The notes beneath the pieces were generated by a model. That model worked only from the letters and a program-made list of their open reading frames with translations. It was not told where the DNA came from and did no database searches. DNA of 64,000 bases, from NCBI GenBank assembly GCA_965205265.1, contig CBDBGH010000003.1, positions 3,424,001 to 3,488,000 of the forward strand, read 5' to 3'. The translations under genes were made by a program, and so were the position numbers. The stretch comes from Alphaproteobacteria bacterium. Lineage in GTDB: Bacteria; Pseudomonadota; Alphaproteobacteria; Bin95. How positions within the stretch are numbered: the first letter of the stretch is position 1; every line of letters begins with the position of its first letter. Shown piece by piece: positions 22,758 through 32,953 of the stretch.

Positions 22758-23122
22758 GCCGCCGCCTGCTCAGGTAGAGCGGCCACGACAATCAGGGCCC
22801 GCGGGGATCGTCTCCGCGCGCCGTCTCTTCTCCGACCCGACGGCCTGCCGCGACAATCAAAACCATTCCCGAAAACACTGTTTGTCGCGCCGCGACAATC
22901 AAAACCGGAAACCGCTTGCAATCCACCCCCCGCGCGGCAATCATCAACTCGCCGCTGCCGCCGGGAATCTCATCCTGATTGACGCGCAGCTCTCACCCAG
23001 ATTGTCGCGCCATAGTAGCCTGATCTGAAGGGGCACGTATCAGCGACGACGGGGGCTCCAGCTTGTATTAGACGCCGGTCCCCCTTACGTTGCCACCCGA
23101 CGAAGCCAAACCCCGACGTCGT

Positions 23123-24601
23123 ATGTTCTCTATCCTCCATGTGTCCGACCTGCACAGGTCGGAGGCCGAACCGATATCCAACCAAGCTCTGATTGCGTCT
23201 CTACTGGCGGACCAAGGCCGATTTTCCCTCGAGACTCCGCCGATTCGCCAACCCGATGCGATGGTAGTAAGCGGCGATATTGTCGCTGGGGTACCGCTGG
23301 GGGAACCGGACTATGTCAACTCGCTTAAGGAACAGTACGCGATTGCTCAGGACTTCCTGGTCCGACTGACTGAACGCCTCTTTGGGGGCGACCGTACGCG
23401 CGTCGTATTGGTCCCGGGAAACCACGACTGCTGCTGGAACACTGCGATTAGCGGAATGACACCGGTGCCGGAGGATGACACTCCGAGGGACTTGGTAGGC
23501 AAGTTGGAGTTCCCCGATTCTCCGTTCAGGTGGAGTTGGCATGACCGAAAGCTCTACAGAATTTCGGATCCCGATTCATATGCGCGCAGGCTGGACAACT
23601 ACTGGGACTTCGTGGAGGAGTTCTATGTGGGTTCGGACCTGGCGTTCCCAATTCGACGGGACACTGGATACAACCTGTTCGAAATGAACGGCGGACAGAT
23701 CCTGGTAGCCGCCTTTGAGTCGCTCCATGGAAACGACTGCTTTTCTTCCAGGGCGCACTTCGAACCGGAAGCTGTGGCGAGTGCAGCGTTGCGGCTAAAC
23801 GACGAACGGAGGTACTACAACCTCCGCATCGCACTTTGGCATCACGGACTACACAGCCAACCATCGTACCGATCGGATTATCTCCCCATCAGTTCCGTAT
23901 ACGAGCTTATTGGGCACGGCTTTCGACTCGGTCTCCACGGTCACCAGCACTTCGCGGAGATCGGTTCCCATTACGTCCGCGTTCCGGGCGAGCCAGAGAT
24001 GGCAGTGGTGTCGGCGGGTTCCCTGTGCGCAGGAGCGAGGGAACTTCCTCGAGGAGTCAACCGCCAATACAACGTGGTCGTCGTATCCGACGACTATGAC
24101 AAAATTGACGTGCATGTGCGGGAAATGACGCGGGGAAACCACTTTATGCCGAGCAGCGGAGCGTCGGGATTTGCGAACGGACTCGTCCAATTGCAGCTCT
24201 CGTCGCCCGGTGCGAACGGAAAGCCAATGATCGACATCGACTATACACGCCGCAACGAACTTATCATGAAGGCCGAGTCCCACCTGCGGGTTGGTCGTCC
24301 GGCCGAGGCGTTTGGAATTCTCAGTGGAATTGACTGCGAGAACGAACCATATGCCCGCCGGTTGTTGATCCAGGCAGCCGAGCAGTCGGAACAGTGGGAA
24401 GATCTTGTGGCTGTTCTTTCTGATCCGCAAAACTCTGAAGAAGTAGTCCAGTTAGTCGAGGCGCTCACTCGGCTTCGAAGGATTGAAGACGCCATAGCCT
24501 ATTTGCGAGAGTCTGATCGGCCCCCTTTGGCAGATCATGTCCGACGAGATCTGCAACGCCGGCTTGAACGGCGAGCGGCAATTTCCGGGAGGAAAGCGTG
24601 A
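23123..24601 (+). CDS. Calcineurin-like metallophosphoesterase with C-terminal TPR-like helical domain
   Basis: ILHVSDLH, VSGDI, VPGNHD, WHH, LHGHQH motifs; alternative TTG start at 23090. Confidence 0.85.
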   Translation: MFSILHVSDLHRSEAEPISNQALIASLLADQGRFSLETPPIRQPDAMVVSGDIVAGVPLGEPDYVNSLKEQYAIAQDFLVRLTERLFGGDRTRVVLVPGNHDCCWNTAISGMTPVPEDDTPRDLVGKLEFPDSPFRWSWHDRKLYRISDPDSYARRLDNYWDFVEEFYVGSDLAFPIRRDTGYNLFEMNGGQILVAAFESLHGNDCFSSRAHFEPEAVASAALRLNDERRYYNLRIALWHHGLHSQPSYRSDYLPISSVYELIGHGFRLGLHGHQHFAEIGSHYVRVPGEPEMAVVSAGSLCAGARELPRGVNRQYNVVVVSDDYDKIDVHVREMTRGNHFMPSSGASGFANGLVQLQLSSPGANGKPMIDIDYTRRNELIMKAESHLRVGRPAEAFGILSGIDCENEPYARRLLIQAAEQSEQWEDLVAVLSDPQNSEEVVQLVEALTRLRRIEDAIAYLRESDRPPLADHVRRDLQRRLERRAAISGRKA

Positions 24602-25306
24602 ACACAAAAAAAATTCCGCTCCAGGTCAAGAGTGATCGCGTCATCGAGTTGTTCGCCCGAGACATATACCAGTCTCCGCTTTCACTGCTTCGCGAGAACG
24701 TCCAGAATGCCTTCGATGCCATTCTGATGAGGAGGCGTGCCGGTGACGAATTCTCACCGAAAATTGATATTTGCCTATGCGCTGAGACAGTAACGGTCAG
24801 CGACAACGGCAACGGAATGACGCCTGACGAGCTGGAGAAAAACTTCTGGTATGCGGGCAACAGCGGAAAGAACACCGAAGACGCCAAGAATGCAGGGGTC
24901 GTAGGCACGTTCGGCATTGGAGCTATGGCGAACTTCGGCATCGCCGAGCGGTTGCAAGTGGAAACGGAGAGCTCGGCTACCGGCGAGCGGTCTCGAAGCA
25001 GTGTAGATAAGGAAGATCTGTCGATCAATCAGGAGTGCATCGATCTCATCTTATTGGACTCGCGGGACGAGCCCGGTACGACAGTAACGGCATATCTTGC
25101 ACCCGACGAGCGACTGGATGTCGACGAGGCCCGTCGATACCTATCGGACTTCGTGTCACTTCTTGCGGTTCCCGTGTATGCGCGTTTCAGTAAGTCCCGG
25201 CCGGTGATTACGGAAAGTCCCGGCCGGCATGACCGGGGCGATTTGAGTTCGGCTTTCGGGTGCGCCGACTCGGCGTCTACCCCCTGGCATTTTGCCGGGG
25301 GGTGGC

Positions 25307-26860
25307 ATGCCGGGACGGAAGCAGACGAGACGAACGACAGTGAAGGACGTCAGGGCGATCCTGCGGCTGAGCCATGGGCAGGGTCTGTCGGAGCGCGAGG
25401 TCGCGGGGCGGCTGAAGCTCTCCAGGGCGACGGTGTCGACCTATCTTCTTCGGGCCCGGGAGGCGGGCCTGTCGAGCTGGCCGCTGCCGGCGGTCTACGA
25501 GGACGACGCGGTGCTGGAACAGTTGCTGTTCCGGCGCATGGGCCGCCCGCCGCGGGATACGCGCCAGCCGCACTGGCCGACGGTGGCGGCCGAGCTGAAG
25601 CGCAAGGGCGTGACGCTGAGCCTGCTGTGGCAGGAATACCGGGCCGCGCATCCGGACGGCTACGGCTATACCTGGTTCTGCGACGCCTTCAGGGCCTTCG
25701 AGCGCCGCACGCATGCGAGCTGGCGCAACCGGCACGAGGCCGGCGCGGTGATGCAGACCGACTATGCCGGCCAGACGGTCGAGATCGTCGATCCCGAGAC
25801 CGGCGAGATCCACGAGGCGCAGATCTTCGTCGCGGTGCTCGGCGCCTCGTCCTACACCTTCGCGACCGCGAGCCTGACGCAGCGCCTGCCGGACTGGATC
25901 GCTGGGCAATGCGAAGCGCTGGCCTTCTTTGGGGGCGTGCCGAAAAGCATTGTCTGCGACAACCTGAAGGCGGGGGTGGCGAAGCCGCTCTGGTTCGAGC
26001 CGACGCTGAACGCGACCTTCGCGGCGCTGGCGGAGCACTACGACACCACCGTCCTGCCGACGCGGCCCCGAAAACCCCGGGACAAGGCGAAGGTCGAGGT
26101 TGGCGTGCAAGTGGTCGAGCGCTGGATCCTGGCCCGCCTCAGGAACCGGCGCTTCTTCTCCCTCGGGCAGCTCAACGCGGCGATCCGCGTCCTCCTGGAC
26201 GAACTCAACGACCGGCCCATGCGCCATCTCGGCCAGAGCCGGCGCCAGATGTTCGAGGCCATCGAGCGCGCCGCGCTGGCGCCGCTGCCGAAGACCCCCT
26301 TCGAATACGCCGAGTGGAAGACCGCGAAGGTCCACCCCGACTACCATGTCGATGTCGAGCGCACCTTCTACTCGGTCCCTCACAGCCTGATCGGGCGCAC
26401 GGTTCGGATCCGCCTCACCCGGCGCACGGTCGAGGTCTTCCATAGCCACAGGCGCGTCGCCGCCCATGCACGCCGGTCTCCCTATGGCGGGCATGTCACC
26501 GTTGCCGCTCATATGCCCAGCGCGCATCGCCGCTATGCCGATCGCACCCCGGCAAGCCTGATCGGCAGGGCAAGACGCATCGGCCCCAACACGGCCGTGC
26601 TGGTCGAGCGCATGATGCGCGACAGGCCGCATCCCGAGCAGGGCTATCGAAGCGCCATGGGCGTCATATCGCTCTCCCGGCGATACGAGGCCGAAAGGGT
26701 CGAGGCCGCCTGCGAGCGCGCGCTCACCATCAATGCGCTCAGCTACTCCTCGCTCACCGCCATCCTCCGGTCCGGCCTCGACCGCGCCGCGCCCGAGCGT
26801 GAGCCCCTCCTGCCCCTGCCGGCGCACGACAACATCCGCGGCCCCGCCTACTACCGATGA
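25307..26860 (+). CDS. istA: IS21 transposase
   Basis: [50 protein letters not shown]. Confidence 0.93.
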   Translation: MPGRKQTRRTTVKDVRAILRLSHGQGLSEREVAGRLKLSRATVSTYLLRAREAGLSSWPLPAVYEDDAVLEQLLFRRMGRPPRDTRQPHWPTVAAELKRKGVTLSLLWQEYRAAHPDGYGYTWFCDAFRAFERRTHASWRNRHEAGAVMQTDYAGQTVEIVDPETGEIHEAQIFVAVLGASSYTFATASLTQRLPDWIAGQCEALAFFGGVPKSIVCDNLKAGVAKPLWFEPTLNATFAALAEHYDTTVLPTRPRKPRDKAKVEVGVQVVERWILARLRNRRFFSLGQLNAAIRVLLDELNDRPMRHLGQSRRQMFEAIERAALAPLPKTPFEYAEWKTAKVHPDYHVDVERTFYSVPHSLIGRTVRIRLTRRTVEVFHSHRRVAAHARRSPYGGHVTVAAHMPSAHRRYADRTPASLIGRARRIGPNTAVLVERMMRDRPHPEQGYRSAMGVISLSRRYEAERVEAACERALTINALSYSSLTAILRSGLDRAAPEREPLLPLPAHDNIRGPAYYR

Positions 26861-26874
26861 ACGAAGGACTTCCC

Positions 26875-27651
26875 ATGCTGACACATCCGACCCTCGACCA
26901 GATGCACGCCCTTGGCCTCAAGGGTATGGCCGAAGCCTGGCGCGACATGGCCGAAAAGGGCCAGGCATCCGAACTCGACCGCGAGGAATGGCTCGCCCTC
27001 ATGCTCGACCGCGAAGCCGCAACACGCGCCGACAGGCGGCTCACCAACCGCCTCCGGCTGGCCAGGCTGCGCTTCCCCGAGGCCTGCATCGAGGATATCG
27101 ACTTCGATCCCGCCCGCGGCCTCGATCGCCGCAATATCCTCTCCCTCGCCCAGGGCGAATGGCTCAAGACCCACGACAATCTGATCCTGGTCGGCCAGAC
27201 CGGTACCGGAAAGACCTGGCTCGCATGCGCCTTCGGACATCAGGCCGCAAGGCTCGACCGCTCTGTCCTCTATGTCCGCATGCCCCGTCTCTTCGAGGAC
27301 CTCGCCATGGCCCGCCTCGACGGAAGGCTCCCCAGGCTCATCGACAAGCTCGCAAGGGTCCAGCTCCTCATCCTCGACGACTGGGGTACACACGGCCTCG
27401 CCGACCGCCAGAGGCTCGATCTCCTCGAAATCTGCGAAGAACGATACCGTCGGCGGTCCACCCTCATCACCGCACAGCTCCCCGTCGCCAAATGGCACGA
27501 CCTCATCGGCGAAGCCACCGTCGCTGACGCCATCCTCGACCGGATCGTCCACAACGCCCACCGCATCGACCTGAAAGGCGAAAGCATGCGAAGGAAAAAC
27601 GCCAGGCCCGACTTGACCCCGGCCGCCGCCGCGGAAGACAATCCCGGCTGA
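26875..27651 (+). CDS. istB: IS21 helper ATPase
   Basis: [10 protein letters not shown] start, [34 protein letters not shown]. Confidence 0.93.
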   Translation: MLTHPTLDQMHALGLKGMAEAWRDMAEKGQASELDREEWLALMLDREAATRADRRLTNRLRLARLRFPEACIEDIDFDPARGLDRRNILSLAQGEWLKTHDNLILVGQTGTGKTWLACAFGHQAARLDRSVLYVRMPRLFEDLAMARLDGRLPRLIDKLARVQLLILDDWGTHGLADRQRLDLLEICEERYRRRSTLITAQLPVAKWHDLIGEATVADAILDRIVHNAHRIDLKGESMRRKNARPDLTPAAAAEDNPG

Positions 27652-29666
27652 CCAAAACCAGGCGCCCGGAGCCACGCTCAAGGCCGGCCGCGACTTAATG
27701 AAATCCGCGGCCGGGACTTAGTGAAATACCCGGCCGGAATCACTGAAATCCGCACCGTGTACGTGAACGGAATCCAGGCGAGCGGTCGATGCGTCGAGGA
27801 AATCGTACCCCTTCCGCCCATTTCCTGGCGTGGACAAAGCTACGAGACTGCGGGCCGTCTTGCTGCGAATGTGGACTTGGTTGTCGCACAAGACGGTGCC
27901 GTGTGGGCGCGCTTCGACAGTATTACCTGGTCGGGATACGAGATGCAGGGTTCGATGACTCTGCGGAGCGATGTGCCGGGTCTGCGTACGTACCGGAACG
28001 GATTTGGATTGGCAACCGTGGGCGCGGCGACCGCCTACCAGTTCGGCGGCGTCGTAGACCTAATGGAGTTGTACCCGACAGCGGGAAGGGAAGCGCTGAC
28101 ATCTTCGAGCATGCAGTTGCTCCAGTCGATGCTTACTCATGTCGACGAAATCGTGTCTCTATTGTTGTCGAGCAGGCATGAGTCCGACTCTAGCACTGCA
28201 TTCATGAACTGGGTCGTGAATAACTCCAGATATGACCTATGTGACCGAATCCGGATCAGCACGGACGGAGATGAACATCTTGAATTGAATATAGTGAAGG
28301 CGAATGCGGACAGGGAGTTTCGCATCTATTCCGGTGCTGATCGAGGTTTAATTGAACAACTGTCGAGTGACGATTCACCTTTGTTACTTTTTGCGCGCTA
28401 CGACCCGAGACGACGCTGCCAACGCGAGTACATCCAGCGGTACTGCGCCGAACATGTCTCCGAAATTGTGGACGAGCCCCAAGTCACTGAGACACTCCCT
28501 GATTCGAGTTACAGTCATTCGGAGTATGGGACCGCGTTCCGAATCCAGTCTATCCTTGACAAGGATTACCTACTTTCGACAGAGGTACACTTTGGCCACA
28601 TAACCCACCGAGTTCCAGTAATCGCCAATGAGGTAGACAACAAAGTAATCATCACCGTCGAGCGCGACTTGAGCGCAATCGACCTAATCGTTGGATTGTA
28701 TGAAAACGAATACTCCGCATTCGGTGCGATGGTTGGCGATTTCGTTCGCGGCGTCGTCTTCCCGCGCATATCTCGTTACGTTCCAACCAGTCAAACTCAC
28801 GGCACTCAAGCGTTTTTGCAAACGATTCGACGCCAGCGGGAGGCGTTTGAGTACGAGCGGGACGACGTCACGGAGTTTCCAGATCTAGCATTTTGGGACG
28901 ATGTTCGCAACGACCGTATTAGCATCGCCGAGGCAATCAAGCGAACAATGGCCACGTCCCGTAGCGACGTTCAGGTGCTCGACTCGGCGTCCGCCGCGAG
29001 TATGGGTGAGGTATTGCCCGATGTAGCGGCCAATCAGCATGCGCTACAAGGGGACAACCAAGACGATGAATTGGCCCTTGGTGCGCTTCCTGCCATTGTC
29101 CGTTCCGACATATCTTGCGGTGCCAAACTGTTGACAATTCCGGTCGAGGAACGCGATTTGGCCGGATACAGGTGCTTTCTGGCGCTTGGCCGTAAAGCAA
29201 GGGAGGACAAGGCGGAGTTTTTCCTCCAACCACACACCACATCTATCGTGTGGGGTGGGCAGCGAGTGTTGTTTATTTTTGCCCACCGCTCCGAGGACTA
29301 CGGGTTGTATTATGATCTCGAGTCACGAAAGCTGATTTCCAACAAACCGGGTGGAGGACGTTATCCGACCTGCACAATTTTTCTGGCTAACCAAGTCTAC
29401 ATACCAATTCCAGTCGACATTCAGTCGTGCTTTCTACTTTCAGAAGGTGAACGCAAACGGTTTTTGGTCAGGGATGATCTGCTCTCGGTCGGCCCCAATA
29501 TCCGTGAATGACCATGGGAGTCCTGACCATAACAGCACTATCGCTTGGCGGAGGCCGTTCAGGCTTATCCGGCACGTTCAGGACAACACTAACCAATCTA
29601 AAGTCACAGCGGTGAACACATCTAAAGAAAGATTGAGGCGATGATAGGTTTCGTTATCATTGAGGG

Positions 29667-30143
29667 ATGGAATCCTTGACCCGCATTATATGGCAATGGC
29701 TTCTTAGCCTATCGGGTCTGTTCACCGTTATCGGCACAGTTCATGAGCTCTTTACTCGCCCCAATACAGACGTGTTGGCGGAGTCCATGGGCGCATATGT
29801 GAGCCTGCATAGCATTTACCTCGGCGTTTTGGGGGTAGGCGTTGTTCTAACTGTGCCTGCTGCCTTGGCCATTTGGCGTTGGTGGGTCGACACGCACAGC
29901 CTCAAGTCGAAATTTCTGCGACTGGAGACAAAACTGGAGAGAAGGGCGAGTCTTGAAGTTTATGACATCGCCGATATACGGGATCTACGATTTGCCCTTG
30001 CGGAACTGGGAATCGAATATCCTCTGGACGGTATTGACGCGAGGGACAGGCAATACGTTACAAAGGATTTGCTGGCCGCGTGTCGCAACGGGAAAGTGAA
30101 ATACGCTCGAACGTCATGGCAGCGGCGCGGAAAGCCGGATTGA
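29667..30143 (+). CDS. Hypothetical membrane protein (two predicted TM helices)
   Basis: GAGGG RBS; hydrophobic segments WLLSLSGLFTVIGTV and IYLGVLGVGVVLTVPAALAIW. Confidence 0.6.
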   Translation: MESLTRIIWQWLLSLSGLFTVIGTVHELFTRPNTDVLAESMGAYVSLHSIYLGVLGVGVVLTVPAALAIWRWWVDTHSLKSKFLRLETKLERRASLEVYDIADIRDLRFALAELGIEYPLDGIDARDRQYVTKDLLAACRNGKVKYARTSWQRRGKPD

Positions 30144-30194
30144 TGGTCGAATTCAAACAGGGGGGAATGCGATGATCCAAAACGTGCCCGTACA

Positions 30195-31238
30195 CTACGG
30201 TAGGCGCGCTGTTGCAGAGCGCTGTCTGCCGCCATCCTCGGGAAGGGGTTCCGCGTTATCCTCCGCGTGCCCATTCCAAAGCAGCCCCGGATGTGGAATG
30301 CGATAGTACCCGTCAGCGTCCTTCTTTGAGTTTTTTGGCTTCGGCGCCACTGTCGTCTTCTCAAACCGTCCCCTGGCGCCGCGCAGATACGATTCGACGA
30401 CTTCCGCGCATACCCACTTGCGTCCAAGCCGTTCGGCGACCTCGCCCGTAACGCAGCTCCCGGCGAATGGATCCAGAACCACATCGCCCGGATCGGTGAC
30501 CATCCTCACGAAATACTCCGGCAGGGCGGCCGGGAAACGGGCGGGATGCACCTTGATCCCGTTGTCCTTGCAGTAGCGCAGATAGCTGCTGTTGCTTTCG
30601 GTATTCGGAATGGCGATCAGGTTCGGAGGGATCGCGGCGCCATTGTCGGTGGAAAACTTGCTGCTGATATCGTGTCCCGATGGACGCAGCATTGGCTTGT
30701 AGCCATTGTTCAGCAAGCTCTTCATGCTGTCACTGTAAGGTTGCAGGACCCGGCGATTGCTCGCGCGCGGCCAAGGCGTCTTGGACAACCACCATACGGT
30801 ATTGATCCCGTCCTTGACCCGGATTCGCCTTACGTTGACCCATTCCGCTGGCGTAGGAAGCTTCGACGGATTCCACCAGTAGAACTCCTGAGCCAGATGA
30901 AATTCGTATTCCTCGCACAGCATGATCAACAGCTTGAAATGATAGAGGCTGCGCACGGGTATTCCGGGCTTCCACGCGCCGCCGAGATCGATCACAAGGC
31001 TTCCGTCGTCCCTGAGGATGCGGCGGAACTGCCTCGCGAAATCGCGAAACCATTCGAGATAATTATCCTCCTGTTCGTTTCCGTAGTCCTTCTTGCGGGT
31101 CAACGCGAACGGCGGACTCGTCATTACCAGAGCGACAGAAGCCGACTTTCTGTTCTTCATGACCTCCAGGCTGTCGCCATGATAGACGCAGCCAAGGGCA
31201 GTCCGATGGAACACGCGAGGGGCCTTGCTGCCTGTCAT
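30195..31238 (-). CDS. Beta-class N4-cytosine/N6-adenine DNA methyltransferase
   Basis: TSPPF catalytic motif N-terminal, HPARFP, VLDPFAGSCVTG SAM motif C-terminal. Confidence 0.93.
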   Translation of the reverse strand: MTGSKAPRVFHRTALGCVYHGDSLEVMKNRKSASVALVMTSPPFALTRKKDYGNEQEDNYLEWFRDFARQFRRILRDDGSLVIDLGGAWKPGIPVRSLYHFKLLIMLCEEYEFHLAQEFYWWNPSKLPTPAEWVNVRRIRVKDGINTVWWLSKTPWPRASNRRVLQPYSDSMKSLLNNGYKPMLRPSGHDISSKFSTDNGAAIPPNLIAIPNTESNSSYLRYCKDNGIKVHPARFPAALPEYFVRMVTDPGDVVLDPFAGSCVTGEVAERLGRKWVCAEVVESYLRGARGRFEKTTVAPKPKNSKKDADGYYRIPHPGLLWNGHAEDNAEPLPEDGGRQRSATARLP

Positions 31239-31254
31239 CTTCCGGCCTCCTTCT

Positions 31255-32622
31255 CTAGAGATCGAGTTTCTTCAGGTTCATGGCGTGGCGCGCCTCACGT
31301 TCGAACGCTTGCACTATTTCCGCCGGTCGTTCGCTTATCTCGTTCAGATCCCCTCCGTCCAGCATGACAATGGCAAGATTTGAGTCGGCCATGATTCTAT
31401 TGGCGTATCGCCGGGCCTCGCTGCCGACTTCGCCGGTGGTGACAATGACAATCGCATTGCTCTTCAGGAAATGGGTAAGGCCCACCTCCTTTGCGACATC
31501 GTCCAGAGACACGCGCGCAGTGTTCTTGCACTGGATTTGCCAGCGGGAGAATACCAAGCGGGCGCTCTCGAAAATCAGATCGACCTCCGCGCCGCCTGTC
31601 TGATTGGCGCGCAAGCGGGTCGCAACATAGGTCATGTCGAGGACACGCATGATCTTGAAGGCGAGCGCTTCGAGAGCGAGTCCGGCTCGATATCGATCTT
31701 TGCTCTTCATTTCTTTCAAGATCGTGGAAAGCGGCGTTCGCAATAGCGCCAGAAGCTTCGGCTCGGTCTGCTTCCGAAGCTGCTCGAGAAGCGGTTCGAC
31801 CACATCCGCGATCAATTTTTCCGTAGGCGACACCTGAAAAGGCTTGGCTCCTCGTCCAGCCGTGGTCTTCTCGGCCGTGATGTATCCTGCGCCCTCCAAG
31901 TCGTTGAGAACCAGCTTCGGAAGACTCTTTTCCGGAAACTTCACGCCGTAGGTCGCCGCGGCCAGTTTCGCAACCGCATTCGCGGGCTGCGGCTCAACGG
32001 TCCCCATGTTCGCGAGCGCCCTCAGAAAGGCCCGCTGCTCGACGGTCAGGTCGCCCAGAACTCCGAACTCGTCCGGACCAATGCCGAGGATGTACTCGAC
32101 TCGACGCTCGTTGACTTGCCACCGGCTGCCGGTGAACACTCCAGCCTTCGCAAGCCACAGCCGCATCATGCTCGGATGTTTGCCGCCCGACGGATAGTGG
32201 ATGCCGCGGGCTGCAAGGCCCTCCCGAAGGGTGGTCAGGTTCACCTGTTCGCCCGCCGCGACCATGTCGCGAATACACTGGACCAGTGTCATTCCATGAA
32301 GATGGAGGAGAATATGTCTGGCCAGTCGGTCGTGCAGAGCATCCTCGTCATTGCGCAGGTCGTTGAGTTCCTGACCGAACGGGGTCAGCGCCGCATCCCG
32401 ATCGATGATCCCGTAGGCGATCATCCCGAGCTTCGTGTTATTGGCGAGCTTGGCGCGGTTGTAGGCGCTGGTCTTGTGCCCCTCAAACCAGGCTTTCCGA
32501 ACGGCCTCCTCGAAGGCCCGCCAGTCCCCGCCATGGAGGGCCGCGAACTCCAGCACCTTCGGAAGCTCGATCTGCGAGGGCGAAAACTCGCTGCCGAAGG
32601 GCAGGTCACTTTTTCTGCTCAC
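31255..32622 (-). CDS. Restriction endonuclease with C-terminal Mrr-like PD-(D/E)xK domain
   Basis: GLALEALA..GGAEVDLIF..WQIQCKN..AIVIVTTG; directly upstream of the MTase; GTG 32622 with purine-rich RBS. Confidence 0.75.
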   Translation of the reverse strand: MSRKSDLPFGSEFSPSQIELPKVLEFAALHGGDWRAFEEAVRKAWFEGHKTSAYNRAKLANNTKLGMIAYGIIDRDAALTPFGQELNDLRNDEDALHDRLARHILLHLHGMTLVQCIRDMVAAGEQVNLTTLREGLAARGIHYPSGGKHPSMMRLWLAKAGVFTGSRWQVNERRVEYILGIGPDEFGVLGDLTVEQRAFLRALANMGTVEPQPANAVAKLAAATYGVKFPEKSLPKLVLNDLEGAGYITAEKTTAGRGAKPFQVSPTEKLIADVVEPLLEQLRKQTEPKLLALLRTPLSTILKEMKSKDRYRAGLALEALAFKIMRVLDMTYVATRLRANQTGGAEVDLIFESARLVFSRWQIQCKNTARVSLDDVAKEVGLTHFLKSNAIVIVTTGEVGSEARRYANRIMADSNLAIVMLDGGDLNEISERPAEIVQAFEREARHAMNLKKLDL

Positions 32623-32835
32623 CAATCCTGCCTTTCCTGGCTCGTCAGTGCGCTTCCCGGCTGCTTCCCGCGCGGCATGCCAAAGGAAAGGGCCGAATGC
32701 GGAGACGGCCTTCCGGATGACCCACGCAGTGGACACATCGTTGGCTTCGGCAAGAGCGGCGATGCGCTCGTAATCAGATTTCTCGAAGCTGACGCTCAGT
32801 CGGGCGGTCTGCTTGTTCTGCCTGGGCCGACCCAT
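32623..32835 (-). CDS. CopG/RHH regulator segment, in frame with the endonuclease (no stop between)
   Basis: MGRPRQNKQTARLSVSFEKSDYERIAALAEANDVSTAWVIRKAV. Confidence 0.7.
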
Positions 32836-32953
32836 GGCATCGAACCCCTGTCTTCTGGTCTGGTGTATTTTACACCAGATGAACGGAGGAACAATCCCCA
32901 CGATGCTGGGGAACGATGCCTGCGTCTCGCCAAAGGTGGATATAGACAGCTAA

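Larger units (their letters stand above)
25179..27754 (+). mobile_element. IS21-family element (distinct subgroup)
   Basis: Ends TGCGCGTTTCAGT / ACTGAAATCCGCA; 7-bp TSD CCGTGTA. Confidence 0.95.
24598..29511 (+). pseudogene. HSP90-like GHKL ATPase (776 aa reconstructed), split by IS21
   Basis: LLRENVQNAFDA, VSDNGNGM, GTFGIG, GTTV motifs; joining 24598-25178 to 27762-29511 gives continuous ..AVPVYVNGIQ..; GTGA overlap with the upstream gene. Confidence 0.85.

Noticed and set aside
22780-23014. Short repeats (CGCGACAATCAAAACC) as a CRISPR or iteron array
   Set aside because: They are IS21 subterminal repeats, mirrored at ~58780-58950; no regular spacers and no cas genes
24598-26445. 615-aa ORF as a complete protein
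   Set aside because: After codon ~194 it reads through IS21 in a non-coding frame; the real continuation is at 27762
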